A stretch of 64,000 nucleotides of DNA from assembly GCA_028534125.1 (NCBI GenBank), contig CM052817.1:39372001-39436000 (forward strand), read 5' to 3'. The notes below the pieces were generated by a model that was not told where the DNA came from, ran no database searches, and saw only the letters and a program-made list of their open reading frames with translations. Every line of letters begins with the position of its first letter. Position 1 is the stretch's first letter. Origin of the DNA: Lama glama. Taxonomy: Eukaryota. Of the stretch, positions 1 through 12,294 are shown piece after piece. The position numbers and the translations under genes are program-made.

Positions 1-324
1 AAAAATCTTTTTAAGGGAATGACAAAGGGTAAAAGTGGACAATTCACAGGAAAAATAAAGAATGTGAGAAATTCGGGGCCTTTCCCGGTGTCTATGCCAT
101 CTCATGGATGAGGACTCGCTGGGGCTGCAGAGCTGAGCCTATGAGTGGCTGTCAGTGTTCTACTCCCACCAGCTGTGTAAGAGGATGGAGTAGAAAAAAG
201 AGGGGAAATTGGAAGTCAAGTCCAAGAGAAGTGACACTGAGCACGAATGAGGTATATAGTGAAAAATGAGCTTAGGACAGCAGCCAAGGCCAAGTCACAA
301 GGTTCAGGAGGCTCTCTCTTCAGA

Positions 325-490
325 CTATCTCATTTAATCCTCAGACAGCTACAGCACCGGTATCTTTATAATGCCTCTTTTACAGCAGAGGGAACGAAAG
401 CTCAGAAGACTGAAGGGACTGCCCCAAGGGACCCCGTCATGTGGAAAAGCCAGAATGTGAAAATGCTGATGTTCCTCGTTTACTGCTGTT
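325..490 (-). mobile_element. MIR SINE fragment
   Basis: TCTCATTTAATCCTCA...TTTTACAGCAGAGGGAACGAAAGCTCAGAAG...GCCCCAAGGGACCC resembles the reverse-complement MIR core. Confidence 0.75.
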
Positions 491-1781
491 TTAGTTGTCA
501 AAAATATTTATGGGATTTGCACGGCCAGAGAACAGAGCTGTGACTGATGACCCACAATCATCAGAGCTGATTTCATGTACTATCATGTCTTAGACAATCA
601 CACTTCATTTCGCCCTGGAACTTGGGAGAATGACATTGTCGCTTGGGTGGGGCCCTAAGAGCCCCGGGGGTGGGTCTGTGGGTGTTGCGATCTAGTGCAC
701 CTTGTTACATCCCCTGCTTCTGTCCTGGCCAACCTCACGCTTGGTGCAACCTTTTTTCTTAAGGAACAACGGTCTAGACAAAAAAACTCCTCCCTGGGCA
801 GAAGTGCCTCCAGAGAAATGCTATGCGAACTCTTTGCGCCCCCCCCTCCTTCCAGCCCTTCCCCGCAGGCCACCCGCCCCTCTTCCTCACTCTTTGCAGC
901 TGCAGAATCACCACTACATCCCTGCTCATTGTAAGTGACCAGACTAGGCAAATAGGAAGACGGATGGTTGGCCAGGGAAATTTGGGCCACCGTGATGGGA
1001 AAGGTGCAGAGGAAAACATTACGGCCTGAGCCCCTTTGAAACAGGCTGACAGTTGACAGATGAGTATCCATAAAATGACAAAGGCCTCCCTGTGTAAAGA
1101 CCTTTGCCACCAGCGCTTCTCCCTGGGAAACTAACTGCCCTCAACTGTCAGTGAAAATATTATTTTTTTTTTCCTGGTGATTATTCCCGTCCCCGTTTCT
1201 CGGACCACAGAATAGCCTGCACTTTGCATATGTGGGTTTTCTCCATCATGGTGGCTGTGGCAACCCCTGGCCCCCGATTCTCTCAATAAGAGGTGACAAG
1301 TTATCCTGGTGATTAAATGGTTATACCCGGGATAGTGAGCTGGAATGTGCAACTGTAAGATCTAATTGTGGTTCCGAGGGACAGATGCTGGGAGAATCCT
1401 AAGATTTTTTTAAAAGTAGTGTTAAGAATCCCTAAAGGATCCATGAAAAAGACCTGGCTGTATTTACAAAGCTTTGAGTCTGCAGCGGACAATGGATACT
1501 AAAAACAATGCTGCGCACAGCCTCAAAGAAGCCCTGCTGATGTGACTGCGGGTTTCGTATTCTGTTTATTTGTCTGTCCCATCGCCGTGGGCAATAGAGA
1601 GTATGAAAAGGGGAGGAGAGGAAAGAGGGCAAACTGTGGCAACTGTGAAATAGAGGGCGGGCTCTTCTTTCCCTCCGGACTCCTTTGTCTTGGGAATCCT
1701 CTCAGGAATTTGAAGGAGGCATTTCCTCCTCTCTGACGACAACTTTGGATTCAGAGCCTGTCTTGATCCTTTTCTCTAGAG

Positions 1782-1967
1782 CACAGCTGTCCAGCAGGAT
1801 TTTCCGTGATGACAGTCGTGTTCCACGTGTGCGCTGTCTGGCTGCCTGATGGGTGGTCTCACGTGGCTACTGAGCACTTGAAATGGGGCTCATGTGAACG
1901 AGGAACTGGATTTTAATTCAATTAAATTTGGATGCAAGTATCCTTGATTAGTCATTGGACAGTGGAG
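1782..1967 (+). mobile_element. MER3 (hAT-Charlie) non-autonomous DNA transposon
   Basis: GCTGTCCAG...CACGTGGCTACTGAGCACTTGAAATG...GAGGAACTGGATTTTAATT...TTGGACAGTGGAG; flanked by ctctagag / cactagac, matching the NTCTAGAN Charlie TSD. Confidence 0.85.
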
Positions 1968-2179
1968 CACTAGACCCGCCAGCGTGTCCACCTTAGTGCC
2001 GTATGTGAAGTATTCAAGTCCTGTGGGTGTAAACTTCAGAGGAGAATTAAAAATGAGACACACAGCTCAAGTACAGAATTTAACTGGATTCGGGCCATTT
2101 AACACGAGGTTAAGCAGCAACAGAGTCTTTCCAGGACTTCTATGTAGTCTCCTCTCTTCCTGTCCATGACCCTTTCCTT

Positions 2180-2770
2180 CAGAGACTACCTCTGGAATGT
2201 TCTACCTCCTCCTCGAGCTCGGACTGGACTCTGTATTTTATGACTTTGAACAAGAGAGTGGATCCTTTGCTTTTGGGGACTTCAAGCCCATTTCCATTGG
2301 CTTCACATAAGAATTTCCTCCCTGTCAGCCTCCTGATCCATCGACTTGGCCATGACTCCTGCAAGGTTCTAGTCCCCTCAGCTCTGAACTTGCTGTGTTT
2401 TTTCTGCCAGTCCTTCCTGCCTTTGCTCTTCCACATATCAACTTTCTTCTGCATCTTCTCTCCCTCTTCCTACCATCCTTAGTTTGGCTCTTTACCTGCT
2501 CTGGAATCCCTGAGCCACCCACTCCCCTTGAGTAGCTTCAGAGTTCAAGGTCATACTAGGTTTGTGAAAGAAAATGTTCTCATCATTTTCCAGATTCCTA
2601 GCATTGTTTCCTCACAAATATTTATAATTTTAAGCTTTATCTTTTACATTTTACCACATTTACTTTCGTTCTCTTTTAAGTTTGCTTTTCAGTCTACCGA
2701 CCTATCTGGGAAGATGTCAGAGATGTTCTTCTTTGTTTTTATCGCTGTTATTTCATCTGCCCTCACGTTC
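2180..2770 (-). mobile_element. Decayed LINE ORF1p-like (Transposase_22 / L1 ORF1 RRM-CTD) fossil
   Basis: Manual minus-strand translation across frameshifts gives DLEL*SYSRGVGGSGIPE (spacing of DLENRSRRNNLRIxGIPE), VMAKSMDQEADREEIL and KGSTLLFKVIKYRVQSELEEEVEHSR (cf. L1 ORF1 KG..TYKGKPIRLTADLSAETLQAR), in the correct order. Confidence 0.55.
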
Positions 2771-4629
2771 ACACACACACACACACATACCCCAGAGGTA
2801 TATATTAGAGTAATTCATTAAACCATAATATAAACTCAGTGGAGAGAGGCTGCTGTTTTAAATATGTGTGCCAGTATTTAATTAGAGATATTCATGAATA
2901 CATTTTATACTCCTCCCCACTTCACCCCCAAAATACTTCTTTTCCATTATCATTAAACTAACATGACAAAGTATAGATAAGCACTTCACAGCTTGTACAG
3001 CACTATGTAAATGTAATTTTGTCATTACATTTGTCTTGGAAGACAACTTTGCGGTGACCGTCTCAGAGAGGGGTAGTGGCTGCCTGCCTTCCCTGGAAGA
3101 TGCCAGCCTGGCCAACATGGGGAGGCCTCAGCTGCCATTCTCTGTACACAACTCTGTCCCCATTGCTGCCTGGGCTAGAGGTGGGGACCCGACCCCTGCC
3201 AGACAAATGACATTCTCCCCCTGAGGAATTTGGTTTGTGATAGAAAGACAGGCGGTCTGAGCTCATTACATTGGAGGATATGAAAATGTGAGAAATTTAC
3301 AGGGGAAATCTTGTACCTTCCAAGTGGATGGACAATGTGAAAAAAAAAATAGGTCTGTGGGAGACAGAGAGAAAGAGAGGGATATTAGGTCCATGGAGAG
3401 AAGCAGAAATGAAGTATAAAGGCTGAGTTTTGTTGACCCTCCCTGGTACCTGGCTGCTTTCCTATTCTTTGTGCTTCGTTATATTTACATGAATGTTTGT
3501 TTCTGTTACTTAGAACCAAAGAGTTCAAACTAGCACAGCGGAACACTGAGAAATTGAAAATCCAGAGCATAATCTAGTTAACTCCATGTTGCTCTATGGT
3601 TATTGGCTATCACCCTGGGTCTGGCCAGCCATCGTATAAAACCATGTTTGTCATCACAAAGGTGAGGAGAACTAGAGGATAAACACAAATTCATCACTAC
3701 TTCAAGAATCACAACACACCGTATGTTCCATGAATGGTTCAAGCCTTATAACCAGCAGGGAAGACACAAGGTGTGAGTAGCCATGGCCATGGTCCATGAA
3801 GCACCTGTACAATTGATTACTTTTGTAGTGTCAGGGCTTAGGGAGTCCTGGGCGGCACCCCCAAGAAATCCACTGCTAAGTTCCCTCTTGTCAGGCCCTC
3901 TGGTTCTCATCTGTGATAAACACAACAGGAATTCCAACCAAGTCACCTCTAGCCAGTATTTTATTTAGGATGTAGGTACATAGGCCCTACATCATCAAAT
4001 TTGTAGGCAGCTCCTCAGCCAACCCACATTACCAGTGTGTCTGGGATTGTGTGTTGTGATACGTGTGGTGTGAGGGGAGGAGGGAGGCCTGGAAGAGAGA
4101 ATGCTTGTGATGACAGAGTTCTAGTTCAACCGACATGACCATGTCTTTTGTGTCTCCGGCTTGCAGTGACACCCATCTCCTCTCAGTTACCGTTTTCATG
4201 TTTCAGCTGGGAAACGCTATCTTCTCTAATACATATTTTCACATAGCCTATTAAGACCAGCATCTTTGATTCTTTGTCTAATTTAGGCCATACAAATGTG
4301 TATTGAGGTGCTTTTTCCCATGTTACTATTCATGAGAAAAGACTTTTATTTCCTCTTTGAGGGCCTAGTTCAATGAGGAGAAATGAAAGGGCAGAAACAG
4401 GTAACTGTCCTTTCTTAAGGCAAGTCCTGCTGCAAAGGGACACTTACTCATGCTTTAGAGAAAGGAGAGAAGAGAGGTCTACCCATCTCTGAAAGGAGAA
4501 CTGCCACTCAGACACCACAGGAGTAGTGATGCTGTGGACCAGGATGCAGGGAGGCGGCCGCAGAACCCGGGTCTGATTCAACTGCCCACAAGCCTCTCTA
4601 ATCAGATCTAGGGCATTTCTCTTAACTAA

Positions 4630-4765
4630 CCGCAAGAGGCCTCTTTCTTCATCTGTTTAAAAAAAAATGGAGATAATAATAGCTGTTCTACATGTCCTAC
4701 TATAGTTGATATAACGAGCAAATAAAATAAGGTATAAAAGTACTTAGAATGAAGCATGTTGACAA
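4630..4765 (+). mobile_element. MIR 3' fragment
   Basis: TTTCTTCATCTGTTTAAAA..ATGGAGATAATAATAG...TATAAAAGTACTTAGAA. Confidence 0.65.
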
Positions 4766-6127
4766 TGTAAGCAAGACTTATATTTTAACAAGTATACATT
4801 TATACATAATATATTTTGTTAAATTATATATTAATATAGTATATGTTGTTACATGAAAATTATTATACATAAATTATAATTTTATATAAATATAATTATA
4901 TTAAATATAATTTATTTATGTGTGGGTTTTCAAGTCCATTCAATGGTTTCTTTTGACCACACTCTTGACCTCACATCGCCTGTCATAAAATACATTTCCA
5001 GACATTTTATCTTTACAAAAAGAATACTTTACCACAGATTCAAGATAAAAATAGAAATTTGCAGCTAAAGGTCTACAGGGGAGAAAAATCTAAATGAGTC
5101 CATTAACGATAACTAAAAAGTCAGTCTATAACAAATGGAAAAGGCAAGTAAACAGTCACATTTAATGAAATCTAGTTAAGGAAATAAATCACTCTCTGTT
5201 TCTCTTTTCCCCAATGCCACTGTTTCATGACTAGGTTTTTGAAACTAAGCATTTGGAGATAAAGTTAATACTAAATGTGGTTTCTCAACTATTTAAATAG
5301 CAAGTCTTTCTCCCATGTTTACTTAAATGCAAACACAGAGCTGCATGTAGTCCAAACACTGAGGGCTTTATATACTAAGACGATGTAGTATCAGTGCAAA
5401 TGAGAATCTACGTGATAAGAAACATCAAGCTTCTACCTTACTCTTTTCTGTCCCAAATGGAATTTCTGCAGATAAAATCCTTGAAATTAATGATTTGAAA
5501 AGATTAACTTTTTAGTATCATAATGAAAACCGAAGCTGATAATTAGCCTCTTATACTACTCATTTGTATGGTTGAGATTCTCATTTAAGCCATCAGAAAG
5601 TCACTTTTTAAAAACTGTTTATCAAATATTCCACATTTTTCTTAAACAAATATAGATTTATGGGGTGCTTATTATATACCAATTGATAGTCTACACACTT
5701 GAACTACATCTATAAGCAAAAGAAAATTTATTAAAAATTTGAAGGTAACCGAGGTAATAAAACGTTTTTTTTTTTTTTGGCTTATCTACATAGTATTGCC
5801 TTAAATATGGTTAAAATAGATAATAATTTCTGTTTTCTACTCTATGAAGGTAATAGTTATCTTTCATAAACCAATGTTCTATTTTAACAGATCAACAAGA
5901 AGAAAGAATTTTTTTTTAATCTGAATTCATTTGACCTTGCAAAGCGTACAGTGGTGCTATATTAACAAAACAGATTTAGTTCAAGAACATCCCACCATCT
6001 CTCCTTTTTTCCTTCCACATTTTGATGTGCGTGTTAGTAGTTGGAGGTAAAAAATTAATAGACATAGTTTTGTTTTTGTATTTTGTCTATCCTTCCAAGA
6101 AAATTGAGTGTATAAATAAAGTTTAAA

Positions 6128-6218
6128 GGGGATGGGTATAGCTCAGTGGTAGATCTCATGCTTAGCATGCACAAGGTCCTAGATTCAATCCCCAGGACCT
6201 CCATTAAAATAAATAAAT
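6128..6218 (+). mobile_element. tRNA-derived SINE of camelid Vic-1 type
   Basis: GGGGATGGGTATAGCTCAGTGGTAGA (A box)...GATTCAATCCC (B box)...ACCTCCA, then an A-rich tail; AATAAAGTT is repeated on both flanks as a partial TSD. Confidence 0.85.
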
Positions 6219-6226
6219 AGATAGAT

Positions 6227-6267
<41 letters not shown>

Positions 6268-6301
6268 GTAGATAGATAGTTAGATAGAGAGACAGACAGA
6301 T
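6217..6301 (+). repeat. (GATA)n/(GACA)n microsatellite derived from the SINE tail
   Basis: Directly visible tandem ATAG units. Confidence 0.95.
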
Positions 6302-6367
6302 AATAAAGTTGGAGACCATTGCTGTGCATGGCAGAAGTGAACACTCTTGTGAGCACATTTCCAGCAC

Positions 6368-6552
6368 AGGAGTAGAGTGAAAAGAATACAGGATTAAAAG
6401 ACGAGGTTGTGGGTTCTACCTCATGCCTTGATGCAAACTTGTCTAAACTCATAACTGCATTAAATCCCCTAGACATAAGCTCCTGCATCCGCAAAATTAG
6501 AGTTGGATCAGATGACCTGAAAGATCTTTTTTAAATATAAAATTCTCTAATT
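6368..6552 (+). mobile_element. MIR3-type SINE
   Basis: tRNA-like head, core CTCCTGCATCCGCAAAATTAG and L3-like tail TTGGATCAGATGACCTGAAAGATCTTT...ATTCTCTAATTC. Confidence 0.65.
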
Positions 6553-7589
6553 CCCACTGGTAGAAACAGTGTAGGACATAGATCAATATGTAATTCTGGA
6601 CATGAAGAAAGAAATGCTACAAGCAAATATATCATTAAATACTACTCTAAAAAATTAAAAAACAGAAGGCAAGTTTTTAACTATAAACAGATTAAAACTG
6701 TAAAAGCTATGAGTTATATTCAACTCCTAAGACCACAGTAGCCTGTGGGAGGAAAAAGGCATGAGTATAAAATTAACCAAATGGCAGCTTTTGCATTCCT
6801 ACCTGCAAGAACTATTGAGATGTCTCATAGCCCAGTTTTTCTCTCCTCTTTGGACAGGACCAAATTATGTTAAAACCTTCCTGTCATTGCTGTATGTGCT
6901 GCTCTGTGCCCTGAGGCCACATGCCTGTGAGAAAAATGTCTGTGTCAATGGTAATCACAACCCACCTGGCCCAAAGATACTCAGAAAATGCTTATTCCCA
7001 GATCCAGCAACACCAACTTCACTGCTTTGGTGGCCCCCGATGACATCTCATGGAGATGGGTGAGGACTTCCTCAAAGGCTTTTATTCTGTGCCTGGCTTC
7101 TTCCATTCTTTGTAGTTTCTTCTTTCAATTAATTAATTCCTTCAATACTTTTTAATCAATTATATAGTATATGGAAAATACTGTGCTAAAAACCAGGGAC
7201 ACAAAGATATTCTTGGTAGACAGTGTGGCAGGGAAGATAGACATAGAACACATAATTACAAGTGTTGGGTAAAAACAGAATCTCTAGGACTCTGTAAGAA
7301 GCTATGGTGAATTTCCCTTAGGTAAGTTTGGAAGCCATTTGAGTGGCACCATACGATCATGAATTATAAGTATCTTCTCAGGGGCCATCAACAAGCATCT
7401 CAAGATTACACATAGACATGTCAACCTGTCCAACTTCCAACAGGTTTTCTACCAATCTCAGAACCATTTAGGTCACCTTTGTCTAACAGTCTTTTATGTT
7501 ACATAATTCTGGGGCCAGACTGTTAGTCCCAAAGTTGCCTTTACAATACAAGGTCCTTTCATACCAGGGTTCATGAGTTAGGCATGCCA

Positions 7590-7800
7590 CTGAATGGTGA
7601 GAACATGGACTGCCAGGTTCAGATCACTGTTACAACACTCTCTGGCTGTGCAATCTTAGGTAGTTAGTCAACTTCTCTGAACCTCATTTCTTTACCTGTA
7701 TAACAGAGGACTAATAGGGTTATTGTGAGGATTAATTGAGACATCTGTGCTTTGCACATATCTTGTTCATAATGGGCTGTCAAAAATGCTAGCTCTTGTT
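7590..7800 (+). mobile_element. MIR
   Basis: GACTGCCAGGTTCAGATC...CTTCTCTGAACCTCATTTCTTTACCTGTATAACAG...GGGTTATTGTGAGGATTAATTGAGA. Confidence 0.8.
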
Positions 7801-8944
7801 ATTCCTCTCCTCCCTGAAATCCTCTTTCAATATGTGTGTATTTTGATTACTACTGAAAGGAAATGAAAAAAATTTAAATAGTGGATCATAGTGATAAAAT
7901 TGTAGGTGATGGTTAATGATGTCTCAGTCTCTGCTACATTTTGTTCATCAAATATGTATCATATATTTAAACTTTTTCTTTTACACAGGTAGTACCTATT
8001 TATGGTATAAAATGTAGAAAATCAGGAAAGTAAAAAGAAGAAAAAATAATCACTCATAATCTCATAATTTAAAGATGTCTATTGCCAAAGTAAATTTAAT
8101 GCTAGGTGAAGATGGTAGGAACCTTGTTGGAAAACATCAATCTCATATTTAGCAAATAGGGCACAGATCCTGTTGAAGGGCTGACTTGAAAGGAGAGAAA
8201 AAGGGACTGACATGCTCAGATAGGGTTTTGGCTCGAGGTTCATGAAGGCCCCATCTCTCTCCATATAGCTAATCCAGGCTGAGGGAGCCCAAGTCTAGGA
8301 AATCATCAGAACCAAGAATTTCCAGCTCACTCAGTTCTAGCAATGCGGCTCTGTGAGCCTTGGTCACCCTGGCCACTGACCTTCCTCCCTGGGAAAACAG
8401 AGATAATCTTTGAAGACTCTACTTCCTTTTATCAAGTTATCTCATAAAATACTTAGTCTTATAAAATACTTAAGCTGGCCAATCTTCAAAAGTAGAAAGT
8501 AGAAATAAGGTAAAAGTATTTAATGCTTATAAACAACACAGAGTGAAACTCTTAGAGATGGATAAAAATATTTGGGTTCTACAACCAAGGATGGCAAATA
8601 TAATGCTCCATGCATGGGCCAGAAGTAAATTGAATATCATTTAGTTAAGCATTTTGATTTTGTTTAATGGGAAGTTAATTCCTGAAATGGCAAACTGTCT
8701 CTTCCACGTGGCAGAATATAAATGGAATCCAAACCTACCTGGTTCTCATTTGGTTCTCTGGTTCCCATTTCTATACCCACTCTGGATGAGTATATTTGAG
8801 ATCCAAAGTGAATGTCTCGGCCTGCCCAAAGGCCTTCCTCACCCTGGCAGAATGAGATATGCAGGTGTCCTAAGGCAAAAGGGCCACCAACAAAATTTAA
8901 GTAGGAAATAAAAGAGCCTAATGGAAAGAGAATAGAATATAGAT

Positions 8945-9135
8945 CAAGAGACATGAGAACACCGTTTACCATCTCTGTGACCTTCAGCAAGACCCTTCAC
9001 TTCATTAAACCTAATTGTGTCATCTTCACACTGGAAATAACAATAATTCTTTCCCTATGGGCTTCAGAGGGCTACTGGTGAACTCTTTGTAAATAGTAAA
9101 GTGGTATTTAAACACAGTATGTGATAATCATTGTT
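8945..9135 (+). mobile_element. MIR fragment
   Basis: CTGTGACCTTCAGCAAGACCCTTCACTTC...GTCATCTTCACACTGGAAATAACAATA. Confidence 0.6.
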
Positions 9136-10354
9136 ATATGCCAAGAATTAGTGTGCCAGTGAGATCTAGTTTTTAGACAGAGAGCTGAATTAGAAATTTA
9201 ATTGGGGATAGATATACTAAGAATGAAAATGTCAATTTTATTTACTTTCTTTAAAAGAAAAATAGTGCCAGCTACAAGAACTAACTCAAGAGTTCAAGTT
9301 TAAAGAACACCATCTCCGTTTTAATTAAAGTACATAAACCATGGCCTATAATGACAGCTACAACCAAGAGGAGATGATACTAAAACCAGTAGTTTCCTGG
9401 CACCATTCCACTGGAACTAGTCTGTTTAATAGAGGGTTGGTAAAGAGCTACAGAACAGGGTATTCTCTATTCTCCTTTGAAGAGAACTCCCTACTGGCAG
9501 GTCTCTGAAAATCCAATTAGCAACAACTGTCAGAAATTAGCTATTGAAGATGACATCTATATAAAACCTAAACGCTCCTGTCCTTTCTAGTCTTTGCATA
9601 CAGAATTAACTCATACTTATTTCCTCCTGGAGCCCCTGCTTGCCTAATCTCCAGAAAATACCTTTCCTCAAAATAGCTCCTTACCACTTCTGGGTCTCCT
9701 AGGAGCCTGTCTTTGGAATTGGTCCTTCACATGCTTCTGTTCCTGCCTTCCACACATTGGTGGTTGCTTTTGCTACTAATGAGGGCATCATGAGATCCTG
9801 GTGTACTGTCCTCTGCTGGAAATAGCCACTGACATCTTATGGCATAATCTCCTGCCTGGCCCCTGGTCTTCCCCCACATGGAGGTCCCAACTCACTTCAA
9901 GGGCTGAGGATGCTTCAAGCTTCTTCTGGCCTCAGGGCCCTGTCCTTTCTGAAGTCCCATCCCCTCAACCCAAGAGAGAAGAGAAAGGCCTTCCCTCAGC
10001 TCTTCCCTTCACAAGTCCAAGCTACTTATCATGTCTTGTCTCAGGGCTAGCCTATTCACAAGATGACTATTTACAGATACATTCCTTTCTGAAGGAACTC
10101 TCTACTCTTAGAGTAGGGTCTGGCCTTAGAGTCACACAATTAAAATAAAGCAACTTTCCCCAAGCCTTTATTTTCAGGTCTTAAAATTTTGACATTTTCA
10201 ATATGTGGAGTCTGGTCCAGTTTATACTGTTTTAGGCTAAGTTCAGATCTTTTTGCATTATTTCTTTCATCATGAAGTAAAGACTCAAGCCAGCAAGATT
10301 TCCCTGTTGGGCTGGTCTTGGCCTTCCAGACTTTTGTGAAAAAATAAACAAGTA

Positions 10355-10770
10355 AAGAAGAAAATACCCTGAGAAGGGAATTGATTGTCTCATGTAACTA
10401 GGAGGTCCTGGAATGGAAATCGCACACACTCATTGTCACAACTGGCTTCCCTCCCTCTCTACCTCTGCATTGTGATTCTCTCTTACTCTAGAAGGAGTTC
10501 CTCCATGTAGCAGGTAGAAGGTTGAGGATTTTATGGCTACAGACAATTCTAAGCCAACTGTCACCCCACTCATCTTAGCAACCACAAAGAGGAGAGCAGA
10601 AAGGACTCTGACCCATCATTGGTCACACCCGCATCCCTGGCCAGTCATCAGAGTTGAGAGGATATAGGCAGCTCCACCAGAACCAGATGGACTGACAGAG
10701 GCCAGAGGAAAGGACTGTTCCAAGAAGGAGAAGGTAGGTACAATGAACAAACAGAAACAAGGGAAATTAG
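10355..10770 (-). mobile_element. MLT1 (old MaLR) LTR fragment, MLT1K/L-like
   Basis: AAGGGAATTGATTGTCTCATGTAACTAGGAGGTCC...GGACTCTGACC..TTGGTCACACCCGCATCCCTGGCCAGTCA pattern of old MLT1 LTRs. Confidence 0.55.
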
Positions 10771-11139
10771 GGCCATATAAACACAAATTTAGGGATTGGA
10801 AAATAGATTATCTACCTCTTCAAAAGTGGTTTACTAAAACCTCCAATGTGCAATACTAAATAGAGCCATTAATATCTTAGTGGGATAAACTTCATTTAGG
10901 CACCTTCACTGAATTGAAGACCCTTTTGATAGTATTTGCCTCCTGCCTTAAGTTCTGAAGTCTCTGCTAGAGTGGTACCTGTTAAAACAGAGAGATTCTG
11001 TTCCAAGCCCACTGCCAGGCTCCTGCCTAGGAAGTAGAACTTACCTGCAACTCTCTAAATTGGAGATTTTCCAGGTTTAAAATTGTCAGTCCCACTGGAA
11101 GCCCTGTTACATATGTAGTGTTACTACTTAGTAACACTT

Positions 11140-11300
11140 AAAACATGGGTTTTAAAATCAGACGAATCTGAATTTGAATCCTTTCTCCACCTTGTGAGCA
11201 AAACGGAGGTAGTAATTTCTACTCTACTAGGTGGTGGTGAGGACTAAATTAAGTCATGCTCTATAAAACTATGACTAATGGTAGTAGCACAGTGGTTTCA
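11140..11300 (+). mobile_element. MIR fragment (internally deleted)
   Basis: AAATCAGACGAATCTGAATTTGAATCC...GGTGGTGAGGACTAAATTAAG. Confidence 0.6.
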
Positions 11301-12104
11301 TAATCAATTCAACTTTTACTTTCACTCAAACCATTTCTATATACTTTATCAGGAAGTGAAAACTTTTCAACTAAGTGAATCGTCTATTGTAATCATTCAA
11401 CTGGCTTAAAAAAAGAAAACTGACAGTAACATCAGTTTTCAAATACAGTCCATGGTTTTTGAAGAAAGTGTTTACATAATGGGATTTTGGAATGTATGCA
11501 ATAAGAAGCAGCAGAAGGAAAGAGTGAAAAGGGAAAAGGAAAGAGTGAAAAGAAGGAGTGAACAGAGGCCAGAGAGAGTGAAGTATGTACTGTGGGGTCT
11601 TAATTCTAAAGTCAGAGGTTTCTCACACTGATTCCTAACTTAGAAACTCGGGCTAAAGACCTCACAGTATGTGGAAATTTCAGTTTCACAGTCTAGGAGA
11701 TTTGGGACTCAGATAACATTCATCAAACAGTTCAGCCTAGAGATATTCATGGGTCTGGCTTATACTCAGTGTAAGTAAAAAGGACCCCGCTGAGATGGAT
11801 TCTTCCTAACTAAAACAAAACCACTGGAAATGAGAGACTATTAAGGAAGCTTAATATCCCTGAGAAGAAGCAACCTGAATTTAGCAGCTTAAGGTCCCAA
11901 TCCTCGAAGAGTTTCAGGTTTCAAAGAATTTTAATTTGGAGAATTACAAATCTAGTGCATTATGGACATTGAAAGAATATATTAAAATCCCAAACTGGAA
12001 GAAAGTCTGAAGAATCTTCGTAAGTTATTACATCATTGAGGTTCAGTAGATACTTTCCATGAAAAAGTCAGATTCCATACTGAGATATGAGCAGGGTACT
12101 CGCG

Positions 12105-12260
12105 AGAAAGGCAGATGGGGAGAGGAGGAAGATGAGAGGTATGGGAGAGGAGGAAGATGAGAGGTACAGGAGAGGGGAAGGAAAGAGAGAGAGAAAGAAG
12201 AGAAGAGCAGGTGGGAAATGAGAACGTGCTATAGTGGGAATGGGAAATAAAAAAACAGGA
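12105..12260 (+). repeat. Polypurine low-complexity tract with a ~25-bp tandem unit
   Basis: GGAGAGGAGGAAGATGAGAGGTA occurs twice in tandem inside a GA-rich run. Confidence 0.85.
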
Positions 12261-12294
12261 CTCTCCCCTGCCCCTCCCACACACCTATCACTGT

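Noticed and set aside
655..1110. 151-aa minus ORF and overlapping ORFs
   Set aside because: Non-ATG start, no recognisable domain, and overlapping frames typical of GC-richer non-coding DNA
4790..4920. AT-only palindromic-looking stretches (also ~52370-52475 and ~62900-62950)
   Set aside because: Low-complexity decayed (TA)n; self-complementarity is expected by composition
6128..6205. tRNA-Ala-like gene
   Set aside because: It has an A-rich tail, a partial TSD and mismatched stems, which makes it a tRNA-derived SINE
6865..7100. Possible old ERVL LTR fragment (similar impressions at ~9790-10160, ~11640-11960, ~39170-39480 and ~59950-60500)
   Set aside because: General LTR-like appearance only; I could not match a consensus or define termini
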